Part shown: one piece after another, positions 52,745 through 64,000 of the stretch | Position numbering within the stretch: position 1 is the stretch's first letter | Layout: the number at the start of each line of letters is the position of its first letter | From: Perna viridis | Lineage: Eukaryota | Reading direction: 5' to 3' | DNA: 64,000 nt | NCBI GenBank assembly: GCA_037379345.1 | Contig: CM074521.1 | Span: 32,760,704-32,824,703, forward strand | Notes under the pieces: model-generated | The model's database searches: none | Told to the model about the DNA's origin: nothing | Seen by the model: only the letters and a program-made list of their open reading frames with translations | Position numbers and translations under genes: made by a program

Positions 52745-52876
52745 GTAAATATCTAAACTGACCCAGCATCTAGATGTTTAAAGGTAATTATCAAACAGAC
52801 CCACATCTAGATGTTTAAAGGTCATAATCTAACACACCCAGCATCTAGAATTCACTGGTAGATATTAAACAGACCT
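52723..52876 (+). repeat. 37-38 bp tandem repeat, 4 copies, spanning an exon 3' end and its donor
   Basis: accca(g)catctaga...ggta at 52723, 52761, 52799 and 52836. Confidence 0.9.
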
Positions 52877-53162
52877 TAACAGGAAAATAATTTAATTTGA
52901 CTTTTGGCAAGCTTTCTGATTGGGACTCTCTGTTTGAGTAAACTAAATTATTTTGTATAACACAGTTTTGTACTGTGACATCATTAACATCAGATTATTT
53001 CACTATTTATAAGTGTAAGTCACCACAAACCAGGTAATATCATGTTACTAGTTCAAAAATACAAAGATGTAGGCTTGTGCCTGTCCATTATAATGGATGG
53101 CTAACTTTCTGCCAGATACTGATGATCATTCCCTATTAACTCAATACATAACATAATTTCAG

Positions 53163-53346
53163 ACATAAACCATTAGGCAGGACACAATCTGCCCCATTAC
53201 CACTAGGTCATCCCTTCTTACAACAACAGAATCTGTTGATGCAGCAACAGCACTCACAACAAGTCAAGCAGAACATACGTCAAGTCATATTACAACGTAC
53301 AGGAATGGAAAATGTAGACGAGGAAACCGAGGCTAAACTACAACAG
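53163..53346 (+). CDS. HDAC4: Class IIa HDAC exon, second 14-3-3 site (HKPLGRTQSAPLPLGHP...MENVDEETEAKLQQ)
   Basis: atttcag acceptor, CAG|gtatgt donor. PLGRTQSAPLP is the human S467 motif. Confidence 0.96.
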
Positions 53347-53565
53347 GTATGTTGGAAGGAAGAGGTATACTGAGGCTTATTAATGGATACATTTAATTAA
53401 AAAAAAATACTAGTTTAAGGAAATGGAAAGTTGATGTATGAAGTTTGATAAGGAAATTGGTCTAAGAACTAGAAATCTTATTGTTCTTTTGAAGTATTAT
53501 TTTATCTTAAAATAAGAGAATTAAATAGAATATGTTAGTAAGTCAAATTTGTTCTTTTTTTGTAG

Positions 53566-53827
53566 GAAATGAGAGAATCACGAGAGCAAGACTCAGATGA
53601 TGTCATTGTTGTGAAGGAAAGTAAAATGGATGAATCATCGAGTGAAACAGTGAAACCACAACCAACATTGCCGAACCATCCGAGGGAGAACCATCCAATT
53701 AAACGTAGACACCATCACCATCGACCATTGGCTAGGACACAGTCCAGTCCATTAGTCACATTCTCTAATCTACCACAACAGACATCTGACACAGATCCAA
53801 CTGTTACACGATATAGATACACCACAG
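53566..53827 (+). CDS. HDAC4: Class IIa HDAC exon, third 14-3-3 site (HHHHRPLARTQSSPLV...YRYTT)
   Basis: tttttttgtag acceptor, G|gtagac donor. RPLARTQSSP is the human S632 motif; the exon ends at the TTG start of the deacetylase domain. Confidence 0.96.
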
Positions 53828-54452
53828 GTAGACAGTAGTTTTGTTTGCCCCTCATAAATTTTGACATCAGGAATTTATGATTTTGTTCAGTGCATCCCTC
53901 TCTTAGATAAACTTCCTATTATGAGTTTCCTTAAAGCTTTAATGTTGTTTAGATTGAGTATATCATCATGAAGGATTGTACACATATGTCAACTTAAAGA
54001 TTTTAAAATACATGTTTTCAATTTAATGGGGTTGCCTGGAACATTCTAGACAAAGCATTTTATACAATGTCTCAACCTCATCATCCTTGTATATTATCAT
54101 CAAATTGTGGAAGTTGACCTTGACAAACACTAAAGGTTTATCTCTGGACCATTCATCATAATCCTTTCTAATAATGATAATGATAAGGAGGTGATAAGTA
54201 TTATTCAGTGCATAAGCACTCCAGTCAGCAGATTCTTGTGAAGTAATTTAATTGGATGCATAGGCTACAAAGATGTATAACAGAAATGTTATTTGTCAGT
54301 CAAGAACAAAATATGAAATACTCATTATACCATGAACAAATATTTAAGCCTTTAGCGTGAATTGGGTTTCCTAGGCCTATTTTGAAACCACTATAAACAG
54401 CGCTATCTTGTGAATCTGTATGATTATTTATATACTGGTAATCTATTTATAG

Positions 54453-54586
54453 GCCTAGCTTATGATTCAATCATGCAGAAACATCAGTGTACATGTAACA
54501 ACAACTCAAATCACCCAGAAAATGAGGGCAGACTTCATAGTATTTGGTCAAGGTTACATGAAACTGGTCTCACCACAAGATGTGAG
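54453..54586 (+). CDS. HDAC4: Class IIa HDAC exon, start of deacetylase domain ([45 protein letters not shown])
   Basis: ctatttatag acceptor, GAG|gtaggt donor. Matches HDAC4 GLVYDTLMLKHQCTC...[20 protein letters not shown]. Confidence 0.97.
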
Positions 54587-54808
54587 GTAGGTACCATGTC
54601 ACAATGACCCAGAAAAAGAGGGCAGACTTCATAGTAAATGGTCAAGGTTACATGAAACTGGTCTTGCCACTAGATGTGAGGTAGGTACCATGTCACAATG
54701 ACCCTGAAAATGAGGGCAGACTTCATAGTATATGGTCGAGGTTGCATGAAACTGGTCTCACCACTAGACATGAGGTAGGTACCATGTCACAATCACCCAG
54801 AAAATAAG
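54509..54808 (+). repeat. 94 bp tandem repeat, about 3.2 copies, made of exon 3' end plus donor
   Basis: tgag|gtaggtaccatgtcacaat with GT at 54587, 54681 and 54775. Confidence 0.97.
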
Positions 54809-56062
54809 AACAGAATATGTAGTGGAGGGAAAGTGGAAATAACTCTGTTAATGACACCTGTCTCAACTTCAGGTTTTTGCAGATGATAAGTGGTCACAAA
54901 TTTCAATTGTTCTCTTTGTAATAGCATCCTTTCTTTATAGTGTGTTTTATCTTGTAAAGGATTTCCTTCTTAAGGTTTTATTTCAGTTGATATCATCAAA
55001 GGATAAGTTATAAGTGTTGGATCTACACTAATATCAAGTAGGCAAAGAATTAACATGCTGTATTTTTGTTTCACAACATTTTTTTCAGTCATTTTGATGA
55101 CTTATTTTTTATTGTGTGAGAAGTTAGAATAAAATTTCCAATTATTGCCAAAAGACTTGTATTTCAAGTATGTGACAGAAAAAAATTTATATTTTATGTC
55201 AGACTAACATGACGTCAGTGAGATTCTTATGTAACTTAATAAAAAATGACAGCATTGTTATGATATCCATCTCATTATTGATTCAATATTCCAATTTATT
55301 GTTCACAGTGCAGAAAGTTCAAATGAAGTGTAAATCACTACATGTATCATTTCAATACAATTTACATAGTTCAACATGTAGGTGGATGTAATGTATTCCA
55401 ACTATTTCCTACATAAGTACAGTATTTTTTTATATTTTTTTGAATGGATTGGAATCACCTTGCCTATCCATGTGATTGAGTCACAATTATCTTCCAGTAC
55501 TTGGATTAACTTCAAGTTAAGTGTGTGGCTTCATAAAGATGGGCATTCATTGTTTGGTGTTTCAGGTTTTTTCCGACATTAACTTCGTCTACAAATGGGG
55601 GTATACCTAGCACAACAATGTGTGCAACTTTATGTTTAATTCTGGTGTTGGCAATAATTGTTATAAAGTTATTCGACTATTTAAATAAAGCTGATAATGG
55701 GCATATAATGCTTTAGTACAGCTGTTTACTTTCATCTTATAGCCAAAAGCATAAATCTTGAACTCAACTAAAACTGCACTAAAACTTAAACAAATTTCTG
55801 GCTTCTAGGAAAGTACCATAAACACTGAAAGTCACTAAATAATTATTGATAATTTTAATTATGGCCATTACTTTTACAGTGCTATTTGTGTGGTGGAATC
55901 TATTCTGAATAAGAAAAAAAGAGAAACAAATTATGGTTGCTTTAGCATCTTTTGGATGCTGAATTTATTATAATGAAACTAGTACATGTACTACCCATGC
56001 TCTATAATACTGGCTCAAGGTGATAGGAATAATCATCCATTATCGCTCATTGTTTTTATCAG

Positions 56063-56180
56063 AGAATCAAGAGCAGAAAAGCCAGTATGGAAGAGTTACA
56101 GAGTTGTCACACTGAAGCTCACACACTATTGTATGGTACAAACCCACTGAACAGGCAACGGCTTGATCCAACATTGTTTG
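56063..56180 (+). CDS. HDAC4: Class IIa HDAC exon ([39 protein letters not shown])
   Basis: tttttatcag acceptor, G|gtaaga donor. Matches HDAC4 [31 protein letters not shown]. Confidence 0.97.
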
Positions 56181-57200
56181 GTAAGACTTACTTGATTAGA
56201 TATAGTGAAGTGTGTTAAGTGTGATGTAAATTCTAACTTATTCCTACAAATATAGACTGTTAGGAATTTAGTAGTATTATGATGTCACTATTGTCCTTGT
56301 GAAGTAAAGTTTGTTTGAAAAGTTGTAAAAACATTGCATCGATTCAAACACCAAATGAAATTTCATATGAAACATGCAGTCAAGAGGTCTGAATTGTGAC
56401 TCCCTCATCCAGGATGCTGAGAGATTGTAGGATAAAAGTATATTTTGACCGTTCCTTAACAAAGCAGTTAGGTATACCATGTAAGTTCATGACAGTCTAT
56501 CATTGGCTGTTTTTAACTGACACAGGTGTATATAATTAATGTAATACATTAGTACTGTCAATTTATTTAAGGATGTGTTTATTTTTTATGGTAAACATGA
56601 CAGGATTGCAATCTACTCACATTTAAAAAAAAAAATTATTTGCCATCATTATGATTAGAATGACAAGTTTTCCTGACACAACAAATAATAATGTCTTTTG
56701 GCTCTAGAATGACAAAATCACAATATTTTGACAATACACTTTTGTCTAGAACAAAATTCCATTTCATGCATTTCAAAACTTACAATCAATAGAACTTTTC
56801 AAGAATATTTCTCGAGACGTTATCATGTGAATGCTTTCTTATCTTACCAGGAAGTAGTTAGCATTGAAATGTCAGCTTCATTAACTTTAGAAACTTAATC
56901 ACTTCAGTCTCTTATAAACCAAAATATGGATCAGTTAAGAAATATTATCATCTGCTACATTCTACTTTTATGACTCATGTATACATCAATATTTTCCTTT
57001 AACTGCACTTAATTTCTATTAACTAATAAAATTTAAAACTAAATCAAACTAGTTAGTATAAACCAATTATTCGGACTTCAGCTTTTTAATTTTGTAACTA
57101 AAACATTCTAAAATATGTATTTAATGACAAAGGGACTCATTATCAAACATTTATTTTCTTGATTTACTTTGCTTACAAAACTTGTGATATGAAGTTGGTT

Positions 57201-59041
57201 CATATACAAAACCTTTACCCAGAATGTCATATGTAAAACCTTTACCCAGAATATCATATATAAAACCTTTACCCAGAATGTCACATGTAAAACCTTTACC
57301 CAGAATATCATATGTAAAACCTTTATCCAGAATATTTGTAAAACCTTTACCCAGAATGTCACATGTAAAACCTTTACCCAGAATGTCATATGTAAAACCT
57401 TTACCCAGAATATCATATGTAAAACCTTTACCCAGAATATCATATATAAAACCTTTACCCAGAATGTCACATGTAAAACCTTTACCCAGAATATCATATG
57501 TAAAACCTTTATCCAGAATATCATATATAAAACCTTTACCCAGAATGTCACATGTAAAACCTTTACCCAGAATATCATATGTAAAACCTTTATCCAGAAT
57601 ATCATATATAAAACCTTTACCCAGAATGTCACATGTAAAACCTTTACCCAGAATGTCATATGTAAAACCTTTACCCAGAATATCATATGTAAAACCTTTA
57701 CCCAGAATATATGTAAAACCTTTACCCAGAATGTCACATGTAAAGCTTTACCCAGAATATCATATGTAAAACCTTTACCCAGAATATCATATGTAAAACC
57801 TTTACCCAGAATATCATATGTAAAACCTTTACCCAGAATATCATATGTAAAACCTTTACCCAGAATGTCACATGTAAAACCTTTACCCAGAATGTCATAT
57901 GTAAAACCTTTACCCAGAATGTCATATGTAAAACCTTTACCCAGAATATATGTAAAACCTTTACCCAGAATGTCACATGTAAAACCTTTACCCAGAATAT
58001 CATATGTAAAACCTTTACCCAGAATATCATATGTAAAACCTTTACCCAGAATATCATATGTAAAACCTTTACCCAGAATATCATATGTAAAACCTTTACC
58101 CAGAATGTCACATGTAAAACCTTTACCCAGAATGTCATATGTAAAACCTTTACCCAGAATGTCATATGTAAAACCTTTACCCAGAATATATGTAAAACCT
58201 TTACCCAGAATGTCACATGTAAAACCTTTACCCAGAATATCATATGTAAAACCTTTACCCAGAATGTCATATGTAAAACCTTTACCCAGAATGTCACATG
58301 TAAAACCTTTACCCAGAATATCATATGTAAAACCTTTACCCAGAATATATGTAAAACCTTTACCCAGAATGTCACATGTAAAACCTTTACCCAGAATATC
58401 ATATGTAAAACCTTTACCCAGAATGTCATATGTAAAACCTTTACCCAGAATATATGTAAAACCTTTACCCAGAATGTCACATGTAAAACCTTTACCCAGA
58501 ATATCATATGTAAAACCTTTACCCAGAATGTCATATGTAAAACCTTTACCCAGAATGTCATATGTAAAACCTTTACCCAGAATATCATATGTAAAACCTT
58601 TACCCAGAATGTCATATGTAAAACCTTTACCCAGAATATATGTAAAACCTTTACCCAGAATGTCACATGTAAAACCTTTACCCAGAATATCATATGTAAA
58701 ACCTTTACCCAGAATATCATATGTAAAACCTTTACCCAGAATATCATATGTAAAACCTTTACCCAGAATATCATATGTAAAACCTTTACCCAGAATGTCA
58801 TATGTAAAACCTTTACCCAGAATATCATATGTAAAACCTTTACCCAGAATATCATATGTAAAACCTTTACCCAGAATATCATATGTAAAACCTTTACCCA
58901 GAATGTCATATGTAAAACCTTTACCCAGAATATCATATGTAAAACCTTTACCCAGAATATCATATGTAAAACCTTTACCCAGAATGTCACATGTAAAACC
59001 TTTACCCAGAATATCATATGTAAAACCTTTACCCAGAATAT
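57201..59041. repeat. 27 bp minisatellite with 24 bp variants, about 69 copies (catatgtaaaacctttacccagaatat)
   Basis: Near-perfect 1.84 kb array inside the 56181-60059 intron. Confidence 0.99.
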
Positions 59042-60059
59042 AGCTGTTGTTTTTCCTTTGTCCTTCCATCCATTAAATCTTTCATCAACAATATTTCTAA
59101 CTGCTATATCTCCTCAATGCCAGAATATTTTACCTGTTTTGTAGAAGTCCAACAATTTCGATATACAATGTAACTAAATGCTTGCTAGACAAGATAGAAA
59201 AAAGGGGGGAGGAAAATTAAGGATTGAGAGGGATGAATAGATGCAGTGAGTGTAGAAAAAAATTAAAGTATTCTATTTGAATTGACCATTATGCAGGGAT
59301 GATTTTTTTCCCTGCTTTTTAGCGGAATTCTGCTAATGGAAATCCGGATTTTACCATTACAGTTCTTTTTTTTTACTGTTTATTTATTTTCTATTTTATC
59401 AGTTTTGTTTGACGACTGTAAAATCATCCCAGATTATGGAAAATACATGTTACATCTTTTAGAAAAACGTTTTCTAGAAACACTTTTCATGAAGAACATG
59501 GTGAACATATTCAGTGTCCTTTTTTCAGGATATGAAAAATAATGAAACAACATTGCTTTAGGTATTTGTGACTGTATTATGTAATTCTGTTTTGTCTTCT
59601 CTGTTTAATGAGGGCATTGTTCCATTTTGATTGTAAGGCAATGTTTATGAGTTTAAAAAATGATTCTTTAGTAAATGTTTTTTGTTTTAAAAAAAACATT
59701 AATCAGATTTGTGTTGGGTTAGATATTGGAATTTTTAATAAATGGATTAGTTTACTGTTTGGATTTAAAAAAAAAGAAAATTTCATTTGACTTAAAATAA
59801 AAAAAAAAGAAAAAATGTAATTGCATTATTACAAATCGTTTAAGCAGCAGGTATGAACTAAACACCATGTCTGTCTGTCTGTTTCCTGATGTAGATAAAA
59901 CTCCACACTTTGGACACATGAACTTACACAGGGTGGTTTTACAATGTTGAGAATATTGGTAGGACTACTCTCAGTATTCTAAGTGTATATTGAACATAAT
60001 ACTTTTGTTTATATATTTTCTGTGCCATATGTTTATAGATTCCCCCCTTTTTTTTTCAG

Positions 60060-60154
60060 AAAACATGCGATTTTTCTTGTTACCTTGTGGAGGTATAGGT
60101 GTTGATTCAGATACTGTGTGGAATGAAATGCACACCTATATAGCTGCTAGAACA
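60060..60154 (+). CDS. HDAC4: Class IIa HDAC exon (ENMRFFLLPCGGIGVDSDTVWNEMHTYIAART)
   Basis: Long polypyrimidine tract + cag acceptor, ACA|gtgagt donor. LPCGGIGVDSDTVWNE is diagnostic of class IIa HDACs and contains the C751 equivalent. Confidence 0.97.
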
Positions 60155-63100
60155 GTGAGTTGTTTAATGTCCTTTATCAACATTACCTATGAAAGTGAAA
60201 ATGGAGTATGTATCAGTTCTACAAATGTATTAAAGTGTGTTCAGTGTCATAATTTAATAACATTTAATGGATTAAATATAAATAATCATGAAATAGCAAA
60301 TCTGGAGATGGATGGTAGGGTTGTAATGATACATCTCCCCTATGTTCTTGTAAAGCTACTACATTGAGAGATTGACTGGCGAAGGTCCTAGTCCATCCAT
60401 GACACTCCTTAATTTATACTCTAATCTGTTCCACTGCACAACAGCCAACATTTTTCTCAGTTCTTTTATCTGAAGTCCATAAAAAGCAGATGATTAATCT
60501 TAGAAAAATTTGATCTTCTTTTCAAAGTGACTATTTCAGAATGAAGATGACATATAAAGCTCTGCTTTGATTCGCTCAATTTTATGACAATTTTTATTGT
60601 TTGTGTCATGATTAAGTCTTTCTCAGGAACAATTAAGAGTAAAGAGTATTTCTTTGAAAATTCAGTTATAAACATGCACAACATTTTATCAGCCAAAGAC
60701 TACTGATACTTTAATGGGAGTGTTTAAAAGGATTTTTAATTACCATACTTTAGACTTAAGTGAATTTCCTAGTTGAAAAACAAAATATTAGTCTGGATTT
60801 TCTGGTGATGTTACTTATACTGCCAACCCTTTTATATTCACAAACAATATTTTTTATTTTCTAATTTTTTTAAATTAAGAGCATGAACTTTCGAAGAAAT
60901 TAAATTTTCCAAACCCATTTTTTATTGCATGGCAACTTGCTGATCATCTCAATTATGTTTCATTGAAAATATGTTGTACAGTGTATCTTAAGTACCCTGT
61001 AGGAGATAGGAGCTGAAAATATATTATTTCGTTTTCAATCAAAACATTTTGCAAATCACGATGATATGTCTGATAGATCTTCTTGTAAAATTTCAAGTTT
61101 TGCCATTTTTTACCATTACTGGCTATTACTATTTCATACCAGTTATCCATGCCAGGCATATTTAACCATTCCTTGTTTTTCTGTTTGCCATGGACATGTA
61201 CCTTGAGGTGTAGTATTGATTTGAAAGCATTAAAAAAACCACTGTTTAATTTTCTCCCTTACACCTGTTCTCAAATCTATAGGTAATAATGTCTGTTACC
61301 ATGGTTACTGATATAGTATGTAAACAAAATTCTTCAGAAACCTAATTGATATATGTAACATTGAATGTTCTGTTAATTAGCTATTAGGTGGGTAGGTATC
61401 AAATCTTGCCAAATTTTGCCACATTATGAATTGAAATAAAACTATTTTTGCTATTAATGATCATTATACTTGTGACTTGGGAACATTTCCCGTGTTTTGG
61501 TATAACTGGTCTCTCTCTGGTGGTAAAAAAAATCAAAGGTCATACCATTGATCTGTTTTACACCATTTCTATAATTGACTTCCAATATGTTTTTTCCAGT
61601 GTGTTATTTCACACCCTGTTTCAAAAGAGTTCTGTTGATAATTTTCAAATTTGTCCACACCGAAGGTTCTTTCACACCTTGAATGTGTTATATTTTGAAA
61701 ATGCTGCCAAGTGTTCCAAACTCTGCAAACCATACCCAGTTAAGTTACAAAATTAGTTACATCTATTGTCATTTTGAGGATTGGATGACATTTAATCTAT
61801 TGGGCTTATCGCGCCCTGTATAGAAACTATATTCTTTGTTTAATGTAAGCTTACAGAAGCATCAGCCTACAGGAAATCATGTCATCTTACTCCAATATAC
61901 AATGTAACTACGAAATATAACTATATCAGGTCTTGGTGGTTGAACATAGCCAGTATGACAAAGTCTTTGGTATGGTTGTTTGACCAGACAACAACCCGGG
62001 CTTTTTAAAAGTCAATGGTGCTGTGTTTGATACCATTTTACTTCTATCTTTTTAATTGACCTTATATTACTAAGAAAACAATTTCCCCCGGAGGACCGAT
62101 TTAGCCTTATTGAGAGGGTATGATCAGTAATTTTGCCATGCCGTTTGAAGTGTGTCATATTTACCCTGTAAGGTGGCCTAGATAAGAATCATTTGTTGAT
62201 TGTGAAAATAATCTGATAAAAATACAGAGTAATTTTTGATATTTTCTTATAAAGAGGTCAACTGTTGCAGAGTTAGTTATTGACCCATATCTTCGACTCA
62301 AGCCTGTTAAGTGTATTACTTTAGGTTTCTAATATCTAATTGAAGTGAAGTTTTCTTAAAGACAATTTTATATAAAATTGACCTTGTGCTTTTTTAAATA
62401 TCTTTAGTAGTAATATGCAGATTTCACAACCTTGAATTTGACTAAAATCAGATTACTTACTGATCACATGATTAATAGAACATACGTTATGTAAACCATT
62501 AGATTAACCCTCAAATTTAATTGGGAATATTGATTTTACTGAACAATACCAATTTTTCATCAAAATTGACATAATGGTCTTGGGTACTTTGCATCCACTT
62601 ATAATCCTGGGTAATTATTTGGTAATTAGTTCTCCCCAGGTATATACAGTGTGCAGTCTTGACGTCATAAAGGCATTGACGTAAAAATGTACAGGAAAAT
62701 AACATTCAATAGTTCTTTCTTTGTGTGAATCAAGGGCATTGTGATCAAACATTATTTGTTTGATGTTTTATTGTGTAACAAATGAATAGTTTGAAGACTA
62801 TAGAATTTTGTAGTCTTATTTCAAATTTTTGATATTGATCTGAAGGTATTGATTGTAGTGTAACAAGTTGAAAAATAAGGTTGGTTTATTTTTTTCTTAG
62901 ACAAGACTTTATAACTTAAATGGTTTTGGTATATAGAACTGAACAAATGAATTATCTCCTTTTAAACATTGGCATGTTCTGAGACACATAATTTAAAGTC
63001 AAATCCCACCAATGTACTGCCAAGGGAATTGTCTTTTCTAGTTTTACCAGTATACCTGGTCCGTGCTTCCTGTTTTTAGTGGTCTCCAATGTTATGAATG

Positions 63101-63878
63101 TATATGTGGTTTTGTTTTTGATGAATAGCTCTTAACATTCCTGGTTAAACTGATTCCTACATTGACTTAGAAATAGTTTTTTTGGTGGTGCATATCAGTG
63201 TATAATGATTTAGTTACAGGGTTTATTATGCAATGCTTTGTTGAGATAGGTTATTTTCTTGCATGTAATGCAGTAACAAACTTTGATAATTGTAATGACA
63301 TTTCCTTTTTCTGTTATTGAGGTCTTTGGAGATCTTCTTAATGATTAATTTATTGGAATTCGTTTTCTTTTCTTCCTCTTATTTGAAGGTTATTAAGTTT
63401 ATTGACATGGAATTTCCCTTCATAACGTGGTAGAAGTGAACTTTGATATTTCTTGATTTTAATCATTTACTTCTCATATTAAGGAATTGGAATGTTAATT
63501 AATATTTTGTAGACCATAAATAGTGTACCTGTGGGCATTAGATAATCATAACACAGCGATACCATACAAAGAAAGATAACTCTTATATCTTTAGACCTTG
63601 ACTGGAGAGACATCATAATATATGAATTAAAAAAAAAAAATGTATATTAAATTGAATTACTTCTTAATCCAAATATAGAATTTTGAAGGGAAAAATTATT
63701 GAAAAAAAAATACATCAGAAAATCAAGCAAATTAAAAAGAAAAATGATATGATAGGACATTATATTGAATGGCTGTTAGGTTAAGTGAAGCTTACACTCC
63801 AGCTCTATTGGAATACATTTTGGAGATGTCTGTGTTGATTTTAAATCATGTATAATTATCTTGTATATCTACTTGTAG

Positions 63879-63932
63879 GCTGTGGGGTGTGTAGTTGACC
63901 TGTCATTGAAAGTAGTGTCAAGGGAGTTGAAG
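63879..63932 (+). CDS. HDAC4: Class IIa HDAC exon (AVGCVVDLSLKVVSRELK); gene continues beyond window
   Basis: acttgtag acceptor, AAG|gttagt donor. Matches HDAC4 AVGCVVELVFKVATGELK. Confidence 0.95.
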
Positions 63933-64000
63933 GTTAGTCATTCATTTTTTTACATGATTTTTTTTCCAGTTTTAGATTATAATTCAATGTTTGCCCATTT

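Noticed and set aside
57201-59041. cccag|aatatcatat|gtaaaa in each unit as a microexon array
   Set aside because: Short pyrimidine tract, weak donor, 10 nt frame-breaking exon and 17 nt spacers too short to be introns.
57108-59069. 653, 427, 392 and 181 aa ORFs (DILGKGFTY / VKPLPRISY repeats)
   Set aside because: They are translations of an intronic 27/24 bp minisatellite, open on both strands and in several frames, with a frameshift mid-array and no unique domain.

Overview
AT-rich, CpG-poor animal genomic DNA. The repeat content resembles bivalve mollusc (mussel-like) sequence, but this is an inference from memory and not a search result. Most of the window is one + strand gene, a class IIa histone deacetylase (HDAC4/5/7/9 orthologue, called HDAC4 here). 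I reconstructed 16 phase-compatible GT-AG coding exons from 13691/13717 to 63932, giving 2082 nt or 694 codons from an ACCATGG start. They encode the Gln-rich helix, the MEF2-binding motif, the NLS, three canonical 14-3-3 sites plus the S350-type motif, and the start of the deacetylase domain with its structural-zinc ligands. The gene continues past the right edge, and a 5' exon may lie left of the window. The introns hold more than a dozen unrelated 27-94 bp tandem repeats, several TIR elements/MITEs, Helentron-type fragments and a decayed Penelope-like RT. The most unusual observations are: (1) tandem duplications that copy the gene's own splice sites at three exon boundaries; (2) a His-to-Asn change at a structural-zinc position; (3) a folded RNA element 3' of the retroelement RT; (4) an inverted MITE pair with apparent TSDs of different length. 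No prokaryotic system, CRISPR array or RNA gene is supported. The long ORFs at 57-59 kb are minisatellite artefacts.
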